Notes: a model not told the origin generated them from the sequence alone. Shown: positions 33,351 through 43,365, counted from the first letter of the stretch. The stretch is 64,000 nt of DNA from an uncultured delta proteobacterium (GCA_963767925.1 CAVYGB010000001.1:96001-160000), one strand, 5' to 3'. A program made the numbers and translations.

Positions 33351-33580
33351 GTGGCGGCGCTAGTGCACCGCAGTCGAAATATCGTCAAGGCTGCACCGAC
33401 GATCCTGCGCCCCCGCTTCGTTGCTCCTCCTGGGGATATGCCGGATGTTCGTCGTCGTCGCGCCTCGCGGGGCCGCAGGCTTGTCGGCGGATCCTTGACG
33501 CTCTTTCGACTGCGGTGCAGTGTTCCAGGGGACTAGCTGGGCTCGCCACCGCGCGGACACTCGAGTACGCAGAGGGTGCA

Positions 33581-34113
33581 TCATCGTGAATCCAGTCCGG
33601 TCCGCCCTGCGCCCCGCAGGCAATCCTTCGGCAACGGCTTCGAGCCCGGTGGGCTCCTCCGGGCGAAAAAGTGCTCAGGCAGCGGTGGGTCACGCAGGCG
33701 CGCTGTCTCCACGATGTCCAAACCCAGGGCCGCGGCCACATCGCAGATCCGCGCCAGGCTCGCTGTGCGGTACTCCGTCGCCGCGTACCGTTTTGTACCT
33801 GCTGCTCGGCGATGCCGAGCGCGTCGTCGAGGCGTCGCTGGCTCCAGCCGCGCGCGATACGCGCCTTGATCAACAAGCTCGCGAGACCAGCGAGGGACGA
33901 TGCTTCGAATGTCGAAACGTTACCCGACAGCAGCGCCTCATACTCGCGGATCTCGGCTCGACGATCTTCGGACTGAGCGCTCACCGCATCGATCTCGAGG
34001 CGCTGAAGCTTGCTCGGTTTGTCCCCGGCCGCGGCTATCAGATTGGCGAGTGCCTCTTCGAACTTTCGCAGATGAGCCTTCGTTGACCGATATTGCAGGT
34101 CGTTGGTGATCAT
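33581..34113 (-). pseudogene. XRE/HigA-like HTH antitoxin-type regulator, frameshifted near 33790
   Basis: MITNDLQYRST..LIKARIARGWSQRRL..EQQVQ, then RYAATEYRTASLARICDVAAALG in another frame. Confidence 0.7.
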
Positions 34114-34119
34114 GCGCGC

Positions 34120-34380
34120 CCCCTGAGCTCCAGAAGCACTATGCCCTTGCGAGAGCCGTTCGCTCCTGTCGAAAGAACTCCGCGAACACAAGGCCGCTGC
34201 GTCCCTCGATAGCGTTGGGAAGAAACTCGCAGCCGAGACGCTTCTTCTGCGCGGCCCGCCCCCGGGACAGATCGAGGAAAATCGGATCGATGCGTTCCAG
34301 GTCGACACCTTCGGTGTCCCAGCAGACGTGCACGTCGGCTGGTTCATCCTTCGCGGTGACGAAGCTTCCGTTGATCCAAT
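34120..34380 (-). pseudogene. Fragment of a DUF6932-like nucleotidyltransferase (putative toxin partner)
   Basis: WINGSFVTAKDEPADVHVCWD..GRAAQKKRLGCEFLP; no N-terminus. Confidence 0.6.
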
Positions 34381-34550
34381 GCTTATGCGTCAGAGGAAGG
34401 AACGATTCACCGGGCCAGACGTACTGTCGCGCTCGGTGGAGACGGAGGCCTGATCTTCGCCTTCTCGGCCGACCAGCCGCAGCCCACCCCGGATGTGGGT
34501 GCCGCGGCGCCGGACCGGGGGCGGCATGCCTCCCCCGGGTCGGCGGGGGG

Positions 34551-35285
34551 TCAGTCGTTGCGGGCGCCGGAGCTGGCCCAGGTGCGGATGGTCTGGATCT
34601 GCTCGGCGGTCAGCGGGGGCTTGCGCACCGGCGGGTTGCCGAGGTTCTCGCCCGACTGCGGCGGCATACGCACGGGGTTGTTGCCCTGGGGCGTGACGTA
34701 GTTGAGGAGGGTGTTGACCCGCCCGGGGATGGTCCCCACCCGCGGGATCTCGTTGACCAGCAACATGTACGAGCGGTCCTTCATGCCGGCGTTGAACAGG
34801 AAGTACTGATCGCGGGGCACGCTGTGGCAGGCGTTGTTGGGCGCCGTGCAGCCGGGGGCGAGGATCTCGGTGAAGATGCGGGTGAAGGTCGGCCCGGCCG
34901 GTGCGGCCGGGGCCGCGTCGGTGCTCGGCGCGCCGGTGTCGAGGCGACCGGCATCCACCCGGGGCGCGCCGCCCGCGTCGGCCCGGACCACGCCGCCGCT
35001 GCCGCCGCTCGGCACGCCGCCCGCGCCGCCTGCGCCGCCCCCTGCTCCCCCCGCGCTGCCCGCGACCGGGCCCCCCGTGCCGGCCACGGGCGCGCCGCCT
35101 GTCCCTGCGCTCGCCTGCCCACCGGCGCCACCGGTCCCGGCGGGTGCCGGGGCGGGTGCGCCGGCCACCGGGGCCGGCGGCGTGGGGGGGATGTCGACGT
35201 GGGGAACACAGCCCACCAGCGCGAAGCCGCCGATCAGCAGGAGGGGCCAGGTGGCGGGCAGACGGGGAGAGGGTCGCTTTTGCAT
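34551..35285 (-). CDS. Lipoprotein with Gly/Ala linker and cytochrome c-like C-terminal domain
   Basis: AAGGAG RBS; lipobox LVGC; CTAPNNACH and RMPP..PLTAEQIQTIRTWASSGARND. Confidence 0.65.
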   Translation of the reverse strand: MQKRPSPRLPATWPLLLIGGFALVGCVPHVDIPPTPPAPVAGAPAPAPAGTGGAGGQASAGTGGAPVAGTGGPVAGSAGGAGGGAGGAGGVPSGGSGGVVRADAGGAPRVDAGRLDTGAPSTDAAPAAPAGPTFTRIFTEILAPGCTAPNNACHSVPRDQYFLFNAGMKDRSYMLLVNEIPRVGTIPGRVNTLLNYVTPQGNNPVRMPPQSGENLGNPPVRKPPLTAEQIQTIRTWASSGARND

Positions 35286-35376
35286 CCGGTGCTCCTTGAG
35301 GAAGGGGAAGGCCAGGGTCGACCCGGACGCTACGAAAGCGGCCCGCCGGCCGCTTGAGACGTTCCTGAGAGTTCTC

Positions 35377-36774
35377 TCAATCGCGGCGCGCCGTGGGCGC
35401 CGGCGCGAGCGTCGGCAGCTCCAGGGCAAAGCGGGCGCCGCGCTCCGACGGCAGCAGCAGGATGTCCCCGCCGTGCTGGCGCGCCACCTCGCGCGCGATG
35501 GGCAGACCCAGGCCCGTGCCGCCGCCCGCCTTGCGCGTCCGGTAAAACGGCTCGAAGATCTTCGTCCGCTCCTCCGGCGGCACCCCGGGGCCCTCGTCGC
35601 TGACCAGGACGCGCACCCGCCCGGGGGCGGCGCCGTCGCGCTCGAGGGTGAGGCGCACCAGCCCCCCAGCGGGCGAGAACTTTAGGGCGTTGGCCACCAG
35701 GTTGTCGACCGCCCGCCGCAGGGCCGAGCCACTGCCGCGCACGATCACGCCCGGGGCCTCGCCCGCCGGCTCCTGCCGCAGCTCGAGGCCGCGCCGGCCC
35801 GCCTCGGGGCGGAAGGACTCGGCCGACGCGCGCAGCACCGGCAGGAGATCGATCTCCTGCTCGTCCATCATCACCTGCTCGGCCGCCGTCATCTCCAGCA
35901 GGTCGCGGGCCAGGGCCGCCAGCCGATCGATCTCCGCGCGCGCCTCCCGGACCGCCTGGCGCAGCTCGGCCGTGGTGCGCTCCTTGAACAGCGCCAGGTC
36001 CATCAGCGTGCGCATGCAGGCCAGCGGCGTCTGGATCTCGTGGGCCGCGTTGGCGATGAGGCGCTCCTGCCGGTCGCGCGCCCCCTGGAGCTGGCGGGTG
36101 GCCTCCTCGAGGGCGTCGCGCAGCTCGGCCACCTCGTCGCCGGTAGGGTCGGGGGGCAGGCGGCTCTCGAAGTCGCCCTCGCGCAGGCGGGGGAGCTGCT
36201 GGGTGACCGCGCCGATGCGCGCGCTCAGGCGCCGGGCCTGCCAGACCTGGATGGCGAACAGCAGCGCCGCCATGGCCGCGCAGACCGAGAGCGAGGCCTG
36301 GTAAAAGCTCGCCGTGGTGGCGTCCACCTCGCCCAGCGGCCGGGCCACCCAGAGAGGGAAGCGCTTGCCGTCGTGGGCGCTCACGACCACGGTCAGCTCG
36401 CGGGTGGGCTCGCCGTCGAGCGCCAGGCTTGAGAGCGGCTGCCCGGGCACGCGATCGGCGACGCTGGCCGGGACCTGGATGTCGGGCGGCACCTTGATCA
36501 GCGGGCGTCCGTGCAGGCCGTACACCGCCACCGCGCCGGCGGGCAGGGGCAGCTCGTGGGCGTTGGGGTTGGGGACGATGGGGGGCAGGTGGGGATAGCC
36601 GCGGGGGCCGTCGAACAGGGTGACGCTCTCGACCGCCGCCAGCTCGGCCAGGCCGCGGTCCATCGACCGCAGCAGGCTGAAGTGGAACAGCTCCCCGGCG
36701 ACGAGCACGCCACACAGCGTGCCGACCACGGGCAACACGGCGCCGAAGGCGAGCAGGCGGGTGCGGACCTTCAT
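35377..36774 (-). CDS. Sensor histidine kinase (2 TM, HAMP, HisKA, HATPase)
   Basis: AAHEIQTPL, NLVANALKF, DEGPG, IFEPFYR and GTGLGL motifs. Confidence 0.93.
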   Translation of the reverse strand: MKVRTRLLAFGAVLPVVGTLCGVLVAGELFHFSLLRSMDRGLAELAAVESVTLFDGPRGYPHLPPIVPNPNAHELPLPAGAVAVYGLHGRPLIKVPPDIQVPASVADRVPGQPLSSLALDGEPTRELTVVVSAHDGKRFPLWVARPLGEVDATTASFYQASLSVCAAMAALLFAIQVWQARRLSARIGAVTQQLPRLREGDFESRLPPDPTGDEVAELRDALEEATRQLQGARDRQERLIANAAHEIQTPLACMRTLMDLALFKERTTAELRQAVREARAEIDRLAALARDLLEMTAAEQVMMDEQEIDLLPVLRASAESFRPEAGRRGLELRQEPAGEAPGVIVRGSGSALRRAVDNLVANALKFSPAGGLVRLTLERDGAAPGRVRVLVSDEGPGVPPEERTKIFEPFYRTRKAGGGTGLGLPIAREVARQHGGDILLLPSERGARFALELPTLAPAPTARRD

Positions 36775-36781
36775 CGGAGCG

Positions 36782-37477
36782 TCACCCGGGCGGCGGGGTG
36801 GCGACGGTGAGGCGGAACCCGACCCCCCGCACCGCCTCGATGGCCACGTCGCTGGCCTGCAGCTTGGCCAGCTTGCCGCGCAGGTAGCCGACGTAGACGT
36901 CGATGACGTTGGGGGTGCCGTCGAACAGGGAGCCCCAGACCTTGGTCAGCAGCTCCGACCGGGTGAGGGTCTCGCCGGCGTGCCCGGCCAGCTCGTGAAA
37001 CAGGGCGAACTCGCGCCCGGTGAGGGTCTCCTCGCGCCCGCCGCGGATCAGCACCCGCCGGTTGCTGTCCACCTTGAGCGACCCGAGCTGGCGCACCAGC
37101 AGGTGCCCGCCGCCCCGCCGGTGCAGGGCCTCGAGGCGGGCCAGCAGCTCGCCGAAGTCGAACGGCTTGGGCAGGTAGTCGTCGGCCCCCGCCCGCAGGC
37201 CCACGATCCGCTCGCCCACCGTGCCGCGCGCGGTGAGCATGAGGACGGGCGTGTTCAGGCCGCGGTCGCGCCAGCGGCGCAGCAGGGTGACCCCGTCGGT
37301 GTCAGGCAGCGACCAGTCGAGCACGATGCCGTCGTAGGCGATCGCCTCCGCCTGCTGCGAGCCGGTCTCCCCGTCGGCGCAGGCGTCGACCTGGTGCCCG
37401 GCCTCGGTCAGCCCGCGCACCAGCAGGCGCGCCAGCTTGGTCTCATCCTCGATGACCAGCAGCTTCATTCGGGGCAT
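36782..37477 (-). CDS. OmpR-family response regulator
   Basis: KLLVIEDE, LDWSLP, GADDYLPKPF, NVIDVYVGYLR and VRGVGF motifs. Confidence 0.95.
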   Translation of the reverse strand: MPRMKLLVIEDETKLARLLVRGLTEAGHQVDACADGETGSQQAEAIAYDGIVLDWSLPDTDGVTLLRRWRDRGLNTPVLMLTARGTVGERIVGLRAGADDYLPKPFDFGELLARLEALHRRGGGHLLVRQLGSLKVDSNRRVLIRGGREETLTGREFALFHELAGHAGETLTRSELLTKVWGSLFDGTPNVIDVYVGYLRGKLAKLQASDVAIEAVRGVGFRLTVATPPPG

Positions 37478-37625
37478 CAGTCTACGATCATCGGGCCCGC
37501 TCCGGCCCCGATGCCACCCTCGGCGCGGCTGACGCCCGACGTCGGGGCAGTCCCTGGGTAGGCTCGAGGTCGCGCAGCGATGTGCCGATTGCAGGAAAAG
37601 ACCCAGGTTGTCAGGGGGAGGTTTC

Positions 37626-37778
37626 ATGAAAATGCACCAGGGGCGGGCGGCGATCGACGACCACGACCAGGGGCACGACAACGTCTTCCGCGACGGCAGC
37701 ACCACCCAGCTCGCCCCCACCACCGGCAGCGTCGCTGAAGGCTACACCAGCACGCTGGTGGTCGGCATCGCGGGGTAG
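37626..37778 (+). pseudogene. 50-aa ORF, probable internally deleted intradiol dioxygenase-like gene
   Basis: GGAGG RBS; MKMHQGRAAIDDHDQGH is fused directly to DNVFRDGSTTQLAPTTGSVAEGYTSTLVVGIAG*. Confidence 0.5.
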
Positions 37779-37832
37779 CGGGCGCCGTCCGTCACGTCTT
37801 CCCCCAAGCCGGCGCTCTACCGGGCAGCCCGC

Positions 37833-37878
37833 TTGACATTACCTACGATTGTAGGCAATATGCCGACAGGTGTAGGTA
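37833..37878 (+). promoter_or_regulatory. Sigma70-like promoter overlapped by two BlaI/CopY-type operator boxes
   Basis: TTGACA at 37833, 17-bp spacer, CAATAT; boxes CCTACGATTGTAGG (37842) and CCGACAGGTGTAGG (37863) resemble TACANNTGTA. Confidence 0.75.
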
Positions 37879-38406
37879 ATGTCGATTCTGCGGAGACGGG
37901 CCCACGAAGGCCTGACGTCAGCCCAGATGGAGATCCTGAACGTGGTCTGGGAGATGGGCGAAGCCGGCGTTGCCGACGTATGGAGGGTGCTGGGCAGCCG
38001 CCGAGTCGTTGCCCGGAACACGGTCCAGACTATGTTGAAACGGCTGCATGAGCGCGGCTGGCTGCACGCACGTGAGGCCGGCAACGCCTTCGTCTACAGC
38101 CCGGGCGCGAAACGGGCCTCGGTGCTGGCCCGGGTGGTGGGCAGCCTGGTCGACAATGCTTTCGGTGGATCGGCCACTCTGCTGGTGACGGCCCTGTTGC
38201 AGTCCCGTCGCCTGGAGCCGGATGAGGTGGCACGCATCCGGGAGCTGATTCTGTCCGCGGAGCAGGCTGCCTCACCAGACGGGAATGAGGGTGCTGCAAA
38301 TGGCGACGGGGAAGAAACCGCAAACAATGGCAAACATGTCGCGGTCGGCCGACCGCTGCGCGCGCACCGGCGCAAGCGCGAACGGTTCGATCCCGGCTGG
38401 GGGTAA
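37879..38406 (+). CDS. BlaI/MecI/CopY family transcriptional repressor
   Basis: LTSAQMEILNVVW, ARNTVQTMLKRLHERGWL and LVDNAFGGSA motifs. Confidence 0.92.
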   Translation: MSILRRRAHEGLTSAQMEILNVVWEMGEAGVADVWRVLGSRRVVARNTVQTMLKRLHERGWLHAREAGNAFVYSPGAKRASVLARVVGSLVDNAFGGSATLLVTALLQSRRLEPDEVARIRELILSAEQAASPDGNEGAANGDGEETANNGKHVAVGRPLRAHRRKRERFDPGWG

Positions 38407-38407
38407 G

Positions 38408-40240
38408 ATGCGATTCCAGGTCCGCACGTTTTACACCATCGCCCTTCTGTCCCTGGTGCCTGCTGGCGCGCCGGCGGCGAGTCGGCCGAGCCTCCAGCAG
38501 ACCGAAGACCCGGCCGCAGCCCCGCAGGGCGCCGTCAAGGAGGCGCCCGCGCCCGCGCCCGACCCCGACGATCCGGCCCGCGACCGCATACTCAGGCTAC
38601 AGGAACAGCTCAGCGGCATCGTGGAGGGACCGATCATGAGCGGTGTGCGGGTCGGCATGCGCGTGACCGATGCGACGAGCGGGCGGACGCTCTTCCGCAG
38701 CGGTGACACCGTCATGATGGATCCAGCCTCCAATCAGAAGGTGCTCGCCACGACGACGGCGCTGATGCGACTGGGGGCGGGGTTCCGCTTCCGCACAGAA
38801 TTGCTGGGGCCCGCACCCGATGGGTCCGGCGTGGTCCGCGGCGACCTGCTCCTGCGGGGCAACGGCGACCCAGCTCTTCGCATGGCCGACCTCGAGCATC
38901 TGGCCACCGCCCTGGCCGCCCGGGGGATCTTGCGCATCGAAGGCGGCATCGCCGCCGATCCCCGCCGGATCGGCTCGCCCGAGAGCCACCCCGAGGAGCG
39001 CACCCCCTTGCGTGTGCACAAGACCTTCATCCACATCCGGGTGCGCCCCAGCCTGAAGGGGTTGCCCCCGCTGGTGACGGTGAAACCGGAGATCGAGGGC
39101 CTCGAGGTCCGCAACCGGGCGCTGACGGCAGGACGCGGGCGCAACCTGCGCCTGAGTCTGACCGCGTCTGCGGACCGGGTCACAATCGATCTGTCTGGCC
39201 GCCTGTCTCCCGAGCATCCGGGTGTTCTCATGCGGCGGATCTCTCCCGACCAGCGCATCTTCACGGCGGCCTTGCTCCGTCAGGTGATCGTCGAGTCCGG
39301 CATCGAGGTGCGGGACCGCGCCCGGCTCCTCGACCTGCGACAGGCCCGGCCGGTGGCCAGCAATCAGGCCATGCTGGCGCTCCACCAGTCCGAGCCGCTG
39401 TCGGTGCTGACCCGGCGGATCAACAAGGACTCGGACAACGAGTGGGCCGACCGCCTGCTCGACGTGGTGGGCGCCGAGTTGTACGGCGGTCCGGCGACGG
39501 TCGACAAGGGCCTGCTGGCGCTGCGCGAGGCGATGGACGCGCTCCACTTACCCCGGGAAAACTACCTGCCCATGAACGGATCGGGCCTGGGCCACGGCAA
39601 CCGGCTGACCGCCGACGCCCTGGCCGAGCTGTTGCACAAGATCTACCTCGACCCGCGCTGGGGGCCCGAGTTCCTGCAGTCACTATCGGTGGGCGGCGTC
39701 GACGGCACGACCCGCAACCGCTTCCGGGGCTCGCCGGCCGCCGAACGGGTTCGCACCAAGACGGGCACCCTGAACGGCAAGTCCTGTATCTCCGGGTACG
39801 TGGGCGACGGGCAAGACGTGCTGGCGTTCTCGATCTTCGTCGACGGCATTCGCAACCGCAGGTTCACCACGGGGGCCGTGCGGGCCGCTCAGGTCAGCGC
39901 GGTGAACGCCATGATGAGGTTCGCCCAGGGCGTCCACACACCCGCCGGCGACGACATCGAGCCCGGCATCGACTACGAGGGCGGGGACGAGCTCATCAGC
40001 GCGGACGTCGAGGAGGGCGTCGTCTCCGCCCAGCCCCGCCAGCTCCCCGAGACCCGCGAGCCGCGAGAGTCGCGCCCGCGCCCGAGCAGCTTGCGGCCGC
40101 TTCCCGTCGAGCCCGAGGTGGAGATCTTGCTGGACGAGCCGGGCAGCGTGGTGGCGCCGGTGCGGCGCGGTTCCTCCTATTCGGGGAGTCGGCGTCCAGG
40201 TGCCGGTATGTCGCTGACCGGAGGCTCGTCGCGCCGCTGA
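38408..40240 (+). CDS. dacB: D-alanyl-D-alanine carboxypeptidase/endopeptidase (PBP4, peptidase S13)
   Basis: PASNQK (SxxK), DSDN (SxN), KTGTL and NGSGL motifs; signal peptide; acidic tail. Confidence 0.9.
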   Translation: MRFQVRTFYTIALLSLVPAGAPAASRPSLQQTEDPAAAPQGAVKEAPAPAPDPDDPARDRILRLQEQLSGIVEGPIMSGVRVGMRVTDATSGRTLFRSGDTVMMDPASNQKVLATTTALMRLGAGFRFRTELLGPAPDGSGVVRGDLLLRGNGDPALRMADLEHLATALAARGILRIEGGIAADPRRIGSPESHPEERTPLRVHKTFIHIRVRPSLKGLPPLVTVKPEIEGLEVRNRALTAGRGRNLRLSLTASADRVTIDLSGRLSPEHPGVLMRRISPDQRIFTAALLRQVIVESGIEVRDRARLLDLRQARPVASNQAMLALHQSEPLSVLTRRINKDSDNEWADRLLDVVGAELYGGPATVDKGLLALREAMDALHLPRENYLPMNGSGLGHGNRLTADALAELLHKIYLDPRWGPEFLQSLSVGGVDGTTRNRFRGSPAAERVRTKTGTLNGKSCISGYVGDGQDVLAFSIFVDGIRNRRFTTGAVRAAQVSAVNAMMRFAQGVHTPAGDDIEPGIDYEGGDELISADVEEGVVSAQPRQLPETREPRESRPRPSSLRPLPVEPEVEILLDEPGSVVAPVRRGSSYSGSRRPGAGMSLTGGSSRR

Positions 40241-40395
40241 CCTGCAGCGGCGGCGCCCCGATGGGGCATTTTGCCCTCTAGGGCGGACCGCTGACTCCGG
40301 CTAGGAAGGGAGCCCGTGGGCCCGCCCTCCCGATCGGCCTCGACCACCGTCCCTTCGCCACCTGAACGCGTGGTGGAGCGCGCGGCGATGGAACA

Positions 40396-40857
40396 GTGAT
40401 GGCAACGACCGCCGTCGGCCTGCGAATGCTCTGCCCCTTGCTGGCCACGTTGCTGTTCGCCGGCCTGTGCGGCAAGCTCATCCGCTGGCCGGTGCGCCGG
40501 CTCCCGGGTTCTCGGCTGCTCCGCTCGCTGGCGCCCTGGCTGTGGCTGGCCCTGCTGTCGCCCCTGCCGGTCGAGTGGTCACATGCGCCTCTGCGCACGC
40601 TGGGGCTCGGCTTGCTCGGCGTGCTGTCCTGGAAGGCGGCCACCGTCGACATCGACCTGGGCCAGGACGACCCGCTCTGGAACGAGCGGCTGTTCCTGAT
40701 CGCGAGCGCCCTGCTGAGCTACTTCAATCCGCTGTTCATGCTGCCCAACCTGTTCGTGCCTCCAGTCCCGCTCGCTGATCCCCTTTCGGCCATGGAGCTG
40801 CGAGCCGCTCGAGCTCTGGCCCGTCGAGCGCAGCTTGCTCCGGCACATCGGCAATAG
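40396..40857 (+). CDS. Hypothetical membrane protein, possibly truncated
   Basis: Several hydrophobic segments; the C-terminus looks out of register. Confidence 0.35.
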   Translation: MMATTAVGLRMLCPLLATLLFAGLCGKLIRWPVRRLPGSRLLRSLAPWLWLALLSPLPVEWSHAPLRTLGLGLLGVLSWKAATVDIDLGQDDPLWNERLFLIASALLSYFNPLFMLPNLFVPPVPLADPLSAMELRAARALARRAQLAPAHRQ

Positions 40858-40899
40858 CCTCGTGTTGATCCGCGCGGACGGCGGCCTCCGGGCGCTGCT

Positions 40900-41101
40900 G
40901 CGCGCGCTGGCGCGGCTGTTCTCGTTCAGCCCCGAGCTCCTCCGGATCCGGGGCGAGCAACAAGCGCCCGGCGACCCCGCGGCGGCGGCCCGGGACTACC
41001 GCGAGGCGATCCACCTCGCCCGGGCGACGGGCGCCGGCAGCCTGGAGCGCCGGGCCGCCGAGAGCCTCGCCGCGCTCACCGCCAGCGGCCCGACCGCCTG
41101 A
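40900..41101 (+). pseudogene. C-terminal TPR-like fragment typical of AAA-ATPase/adenylate-cyclase multidomain proteins
   Basis: FSPELLRIRGE...YREAIHLARATGAGSLERRAAESLAAL; no upstream body. Confidence 0.55.
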
Positions 41102-41132
41102 ACAGTCCGCAACGGCCCCCGTGCCGGCGCGG

Positions 41133-42965
41133 TCAGCGCGAGCCGGAGGCGGCGGGGCGGGGGGCCTCGGCGGGGGCGAGCTGCATGAGCTGCTCGGCCT
41201 GGGTGCGGGCCTCGGCCAGGGTGAAGGTCACGGCGCTGGCCCCGTCCTCCACGAGGGTGAGGGCCGCCTCCTGGGCCTCCGCCTTCACCCCCGCCCGCAG
41301 GATCAAGATCCGGGCCCCGTGCCGGCGGCCGCGCAGGCGCTTGCACAGGTAGCGCACGTGGGCCAGCCCGCCAGGCGGGAGCGAGGTGATGCAGACGACG
41401 TCGGGGGCGTCCTGCTCGACCGCGGCGCCGACCTCGGAGGCGAGCGCCTCGGCCCCCAGGCCGTCGAGCTCTACGCGGGCCGGATCGAAGAGCAGGGCCA
41501 GCATCTGCCAGACCAGCGCCTCGGCCTCGTTGCGAGCCGGCACCCCCAGCAGGCGGTACCTCCGCGCGCTCGTCTCGCCGGGGGGGGCAGCGGGCGGGGG
41601 CTCTTCGCCCCGCGCGGTGACGAGCAGGGCGCGCAGGGTGCGCAGGATCTCCTCGTGGTCGGGATCGGCGATCTCGCCCCGCGCGCGGTCTCGCTCGAGC
41701 AGCAACATCGCCGGCACGACCAGCTGGTCGAACACCCGCTCGAGCGAGGAGGTGCGGAGCTGCCGGTTGAGGATGGCCCCCGCCTCGTCCTCGTCGCGCG
41801 CCAGCAACCGCTGGTAAAACGTGAGCTCGGCCTCCAGGGCCGGCTCGTCGCCGAGGAGCACCGCCAGGAACTCCAGCCGGGGCATCTGCCGTCCCAGCAC
41901 CACCAGGCACAGGGTGAGGGGGGTGGAGAGCAGCAGCCCCACCGGGCCCCACAGCCAGACCCAGAACACCGCCGCCACAACCATGGCCACCGAGGAGACG
42001 CCGGTCCCCTTGCCGATGGCCACCGGCTCGACGACGTAGGCCCCCATCACGTCGAGGGCCAGGAACAGCCCCAGGGTGGCCAGAGTGTGCCACCAGTCCG
42101 GGAAGAGGGCGAAGGCCAGCAGGGCGGGCGGCAGCAGGCCGAGGATGCTCCCGAGGAAGGGGACGAAGCGCAACATGGCGGCGAGGAAGCCCCAGAGGGC
42201 GGCGTAGGGGACGCCGATGAGGAGCAGCCCGATGGTCACGGCCACGCCGAAGCCGGCGTTGATCACCGACTGGATCATCAGGAAGCGGCCGATGCGCCGG
42301 CCCGCCTCGTCGAGGGTGCGGGTGGTGAGGGAGACGTTGCGTCGCCCGGCCAGCCGGACGAAGCGGTCGCGCAGGTCCTCGCGCTTGGCGAGCAGGAAGA
42401 TCACGAGGACGAAGACGATCACCACCTTGGCGATCGGTTTGAGGGCCGGCTCGAGGGTGGCCCGGATTCGCTCCCAGGCGGTCGACTCGGCCGGCACGAT
42501 GCGCACCGGGCGCGCCCCGCGCGTCTCGGTCACCTGGGCGTCGAGCTCGCGCGCCACCTGGTCGATGGACTTCGAGAGGGCGCCGATCCCGACCCGGCTG
42601 TCGCCCCGCAGGTCAACCACCTTGCGCCGCATGGACTCCGTGTACTGGACCATCTGGGTCGAGAGGTCGAAGAGCTGGCGCTTGAGGAGGGCCCCGAAGC
42701 CGATCGCGAGGCCCAGCGCCACCAGCACGACCATGGCCACCGACAGCGCCCGCCCCAGCCGGCGCTCCAGGTACACAACGGCGGGGGTCAGGGCGAAGGC
42801 GATGACCACCCCCAGGGCGAGCGGGACCAGGACCTCCTGCCCCCGGGAGAAGATCGTCACCAGCAGGGCCAGGGTGGCCAGCCAGAAGAACAGCGGGTGG
42901 CGATCGAAGGAGCCGGGCGTGGGCACCCGCTGCGGGGGGAGGACCGATCGCGGGCTGGGTTCCAT
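41133..42965 (-). CDS. AI-2E family transporter with C-terminal cytoplasmic (B12-binding-like) domain
   Basis: REDLRDRFVRL, GVPYAALWG, WLWGPVGLLLSTPLT and FYQRLLARD motifs. Confidence 0.9.
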   Translation of the reverse strand: MEPSPRSVLPPQRVPTPGSFDRHPLFFWLATLALLVTIFSRGQEVLVPLALGVVIAFALTPAVVYLERRLGRALSVAMVVLVALGLAIGFGALLKRQLFDLSTQMVQYTESMRRKVVDLRGDSRVGIGALSKSIDQVARELDAQVTETRGARPVRIVPAESTAWERIRATLEPALKPIAKVVIVFVLVIFLLAKREDLRDRFVRLAGRRNVSLTTRTLDEAGRRIGRFLMIQSVINAGFGVAVTIGLLLIGVPYAALWGFLAAMLRFVPFLGSILGLLPPALLAFALFPDWWHTLATLGLFLALDVMGAYVVEPVAIGKGTGVSSVAMVVAAVFWVWLWGPVGLLLSTPLTLCLVVLGRQMPRLEFLAVLLGDEPALEAELTFYQRLLARDEDEAGAILNRQLRTSSLERVFDQLVVPAMLLLERDRARGEIADPDHEEILRTLRALLVTARGEEPPPAAPPGETSARRYRLLGVPARNEAEALVWQMLALLFDPARVELDGLGAEALASEVGAAVEQDAPDVVCITSLPPGGLAHVRYLCKRLRGRRHGARILILRAGVKAEAQEAALTLVEDGASAVTFTLAEARTQAEQLMQLAPAEAPRPAASGSR

Positions 42966-43059
42966 CTGGCTCCGTGCCGCGGGCATCCTAGCAGCTCGCG
43001 GACCTTCCACGACGCTGGCACGACAATTGAGTAGGCGAGGGGCCGGGGGGAACCGACCG

Positions 43060-43365
43060 ATGCATGGCGAAAGCAGACGAGCCTATCTGGAGACGATGTC
43101 CGAGCGCCTGGCCGAGTGGGAGGCGCTGCTGGGCCTCGACCAATCTGGCTCACCGCGCGCGCAGGCGCCCGGGCTGACCGAAGACGGCGCCACCGACGCG
43201 CTGGTGGCCGAGGACGCGGCCTTGCGGAGCATGCTGGCCCAGCTCAGCCGCGCTGGCGACGACGGCTGGGACACGATCCGGGAGGAGCTCGAGGGCGGCT
43301 GGGACCGCTTCAAGGTCCTCGTCGCCCGCCGCCGGCAGCCGGCCGGGGCGGCCGGATTGCCCTGA
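43060..43365 (+). CDS. Small helical hypothetical protein
   Basis: RRAYLETMSERLAEWEA...AGDDGWDTIREELEGGWDRF pattern. Confidence 0.55.
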   Translation: MHGESRRAYLETMSERLAEWEALLGLDQSGSPRAQAPGLTEDGATDALVAEDAALRSMLAQLSRAGDDGWDTIREELEGGWDRFKVLVARRRQPAGAAGLP

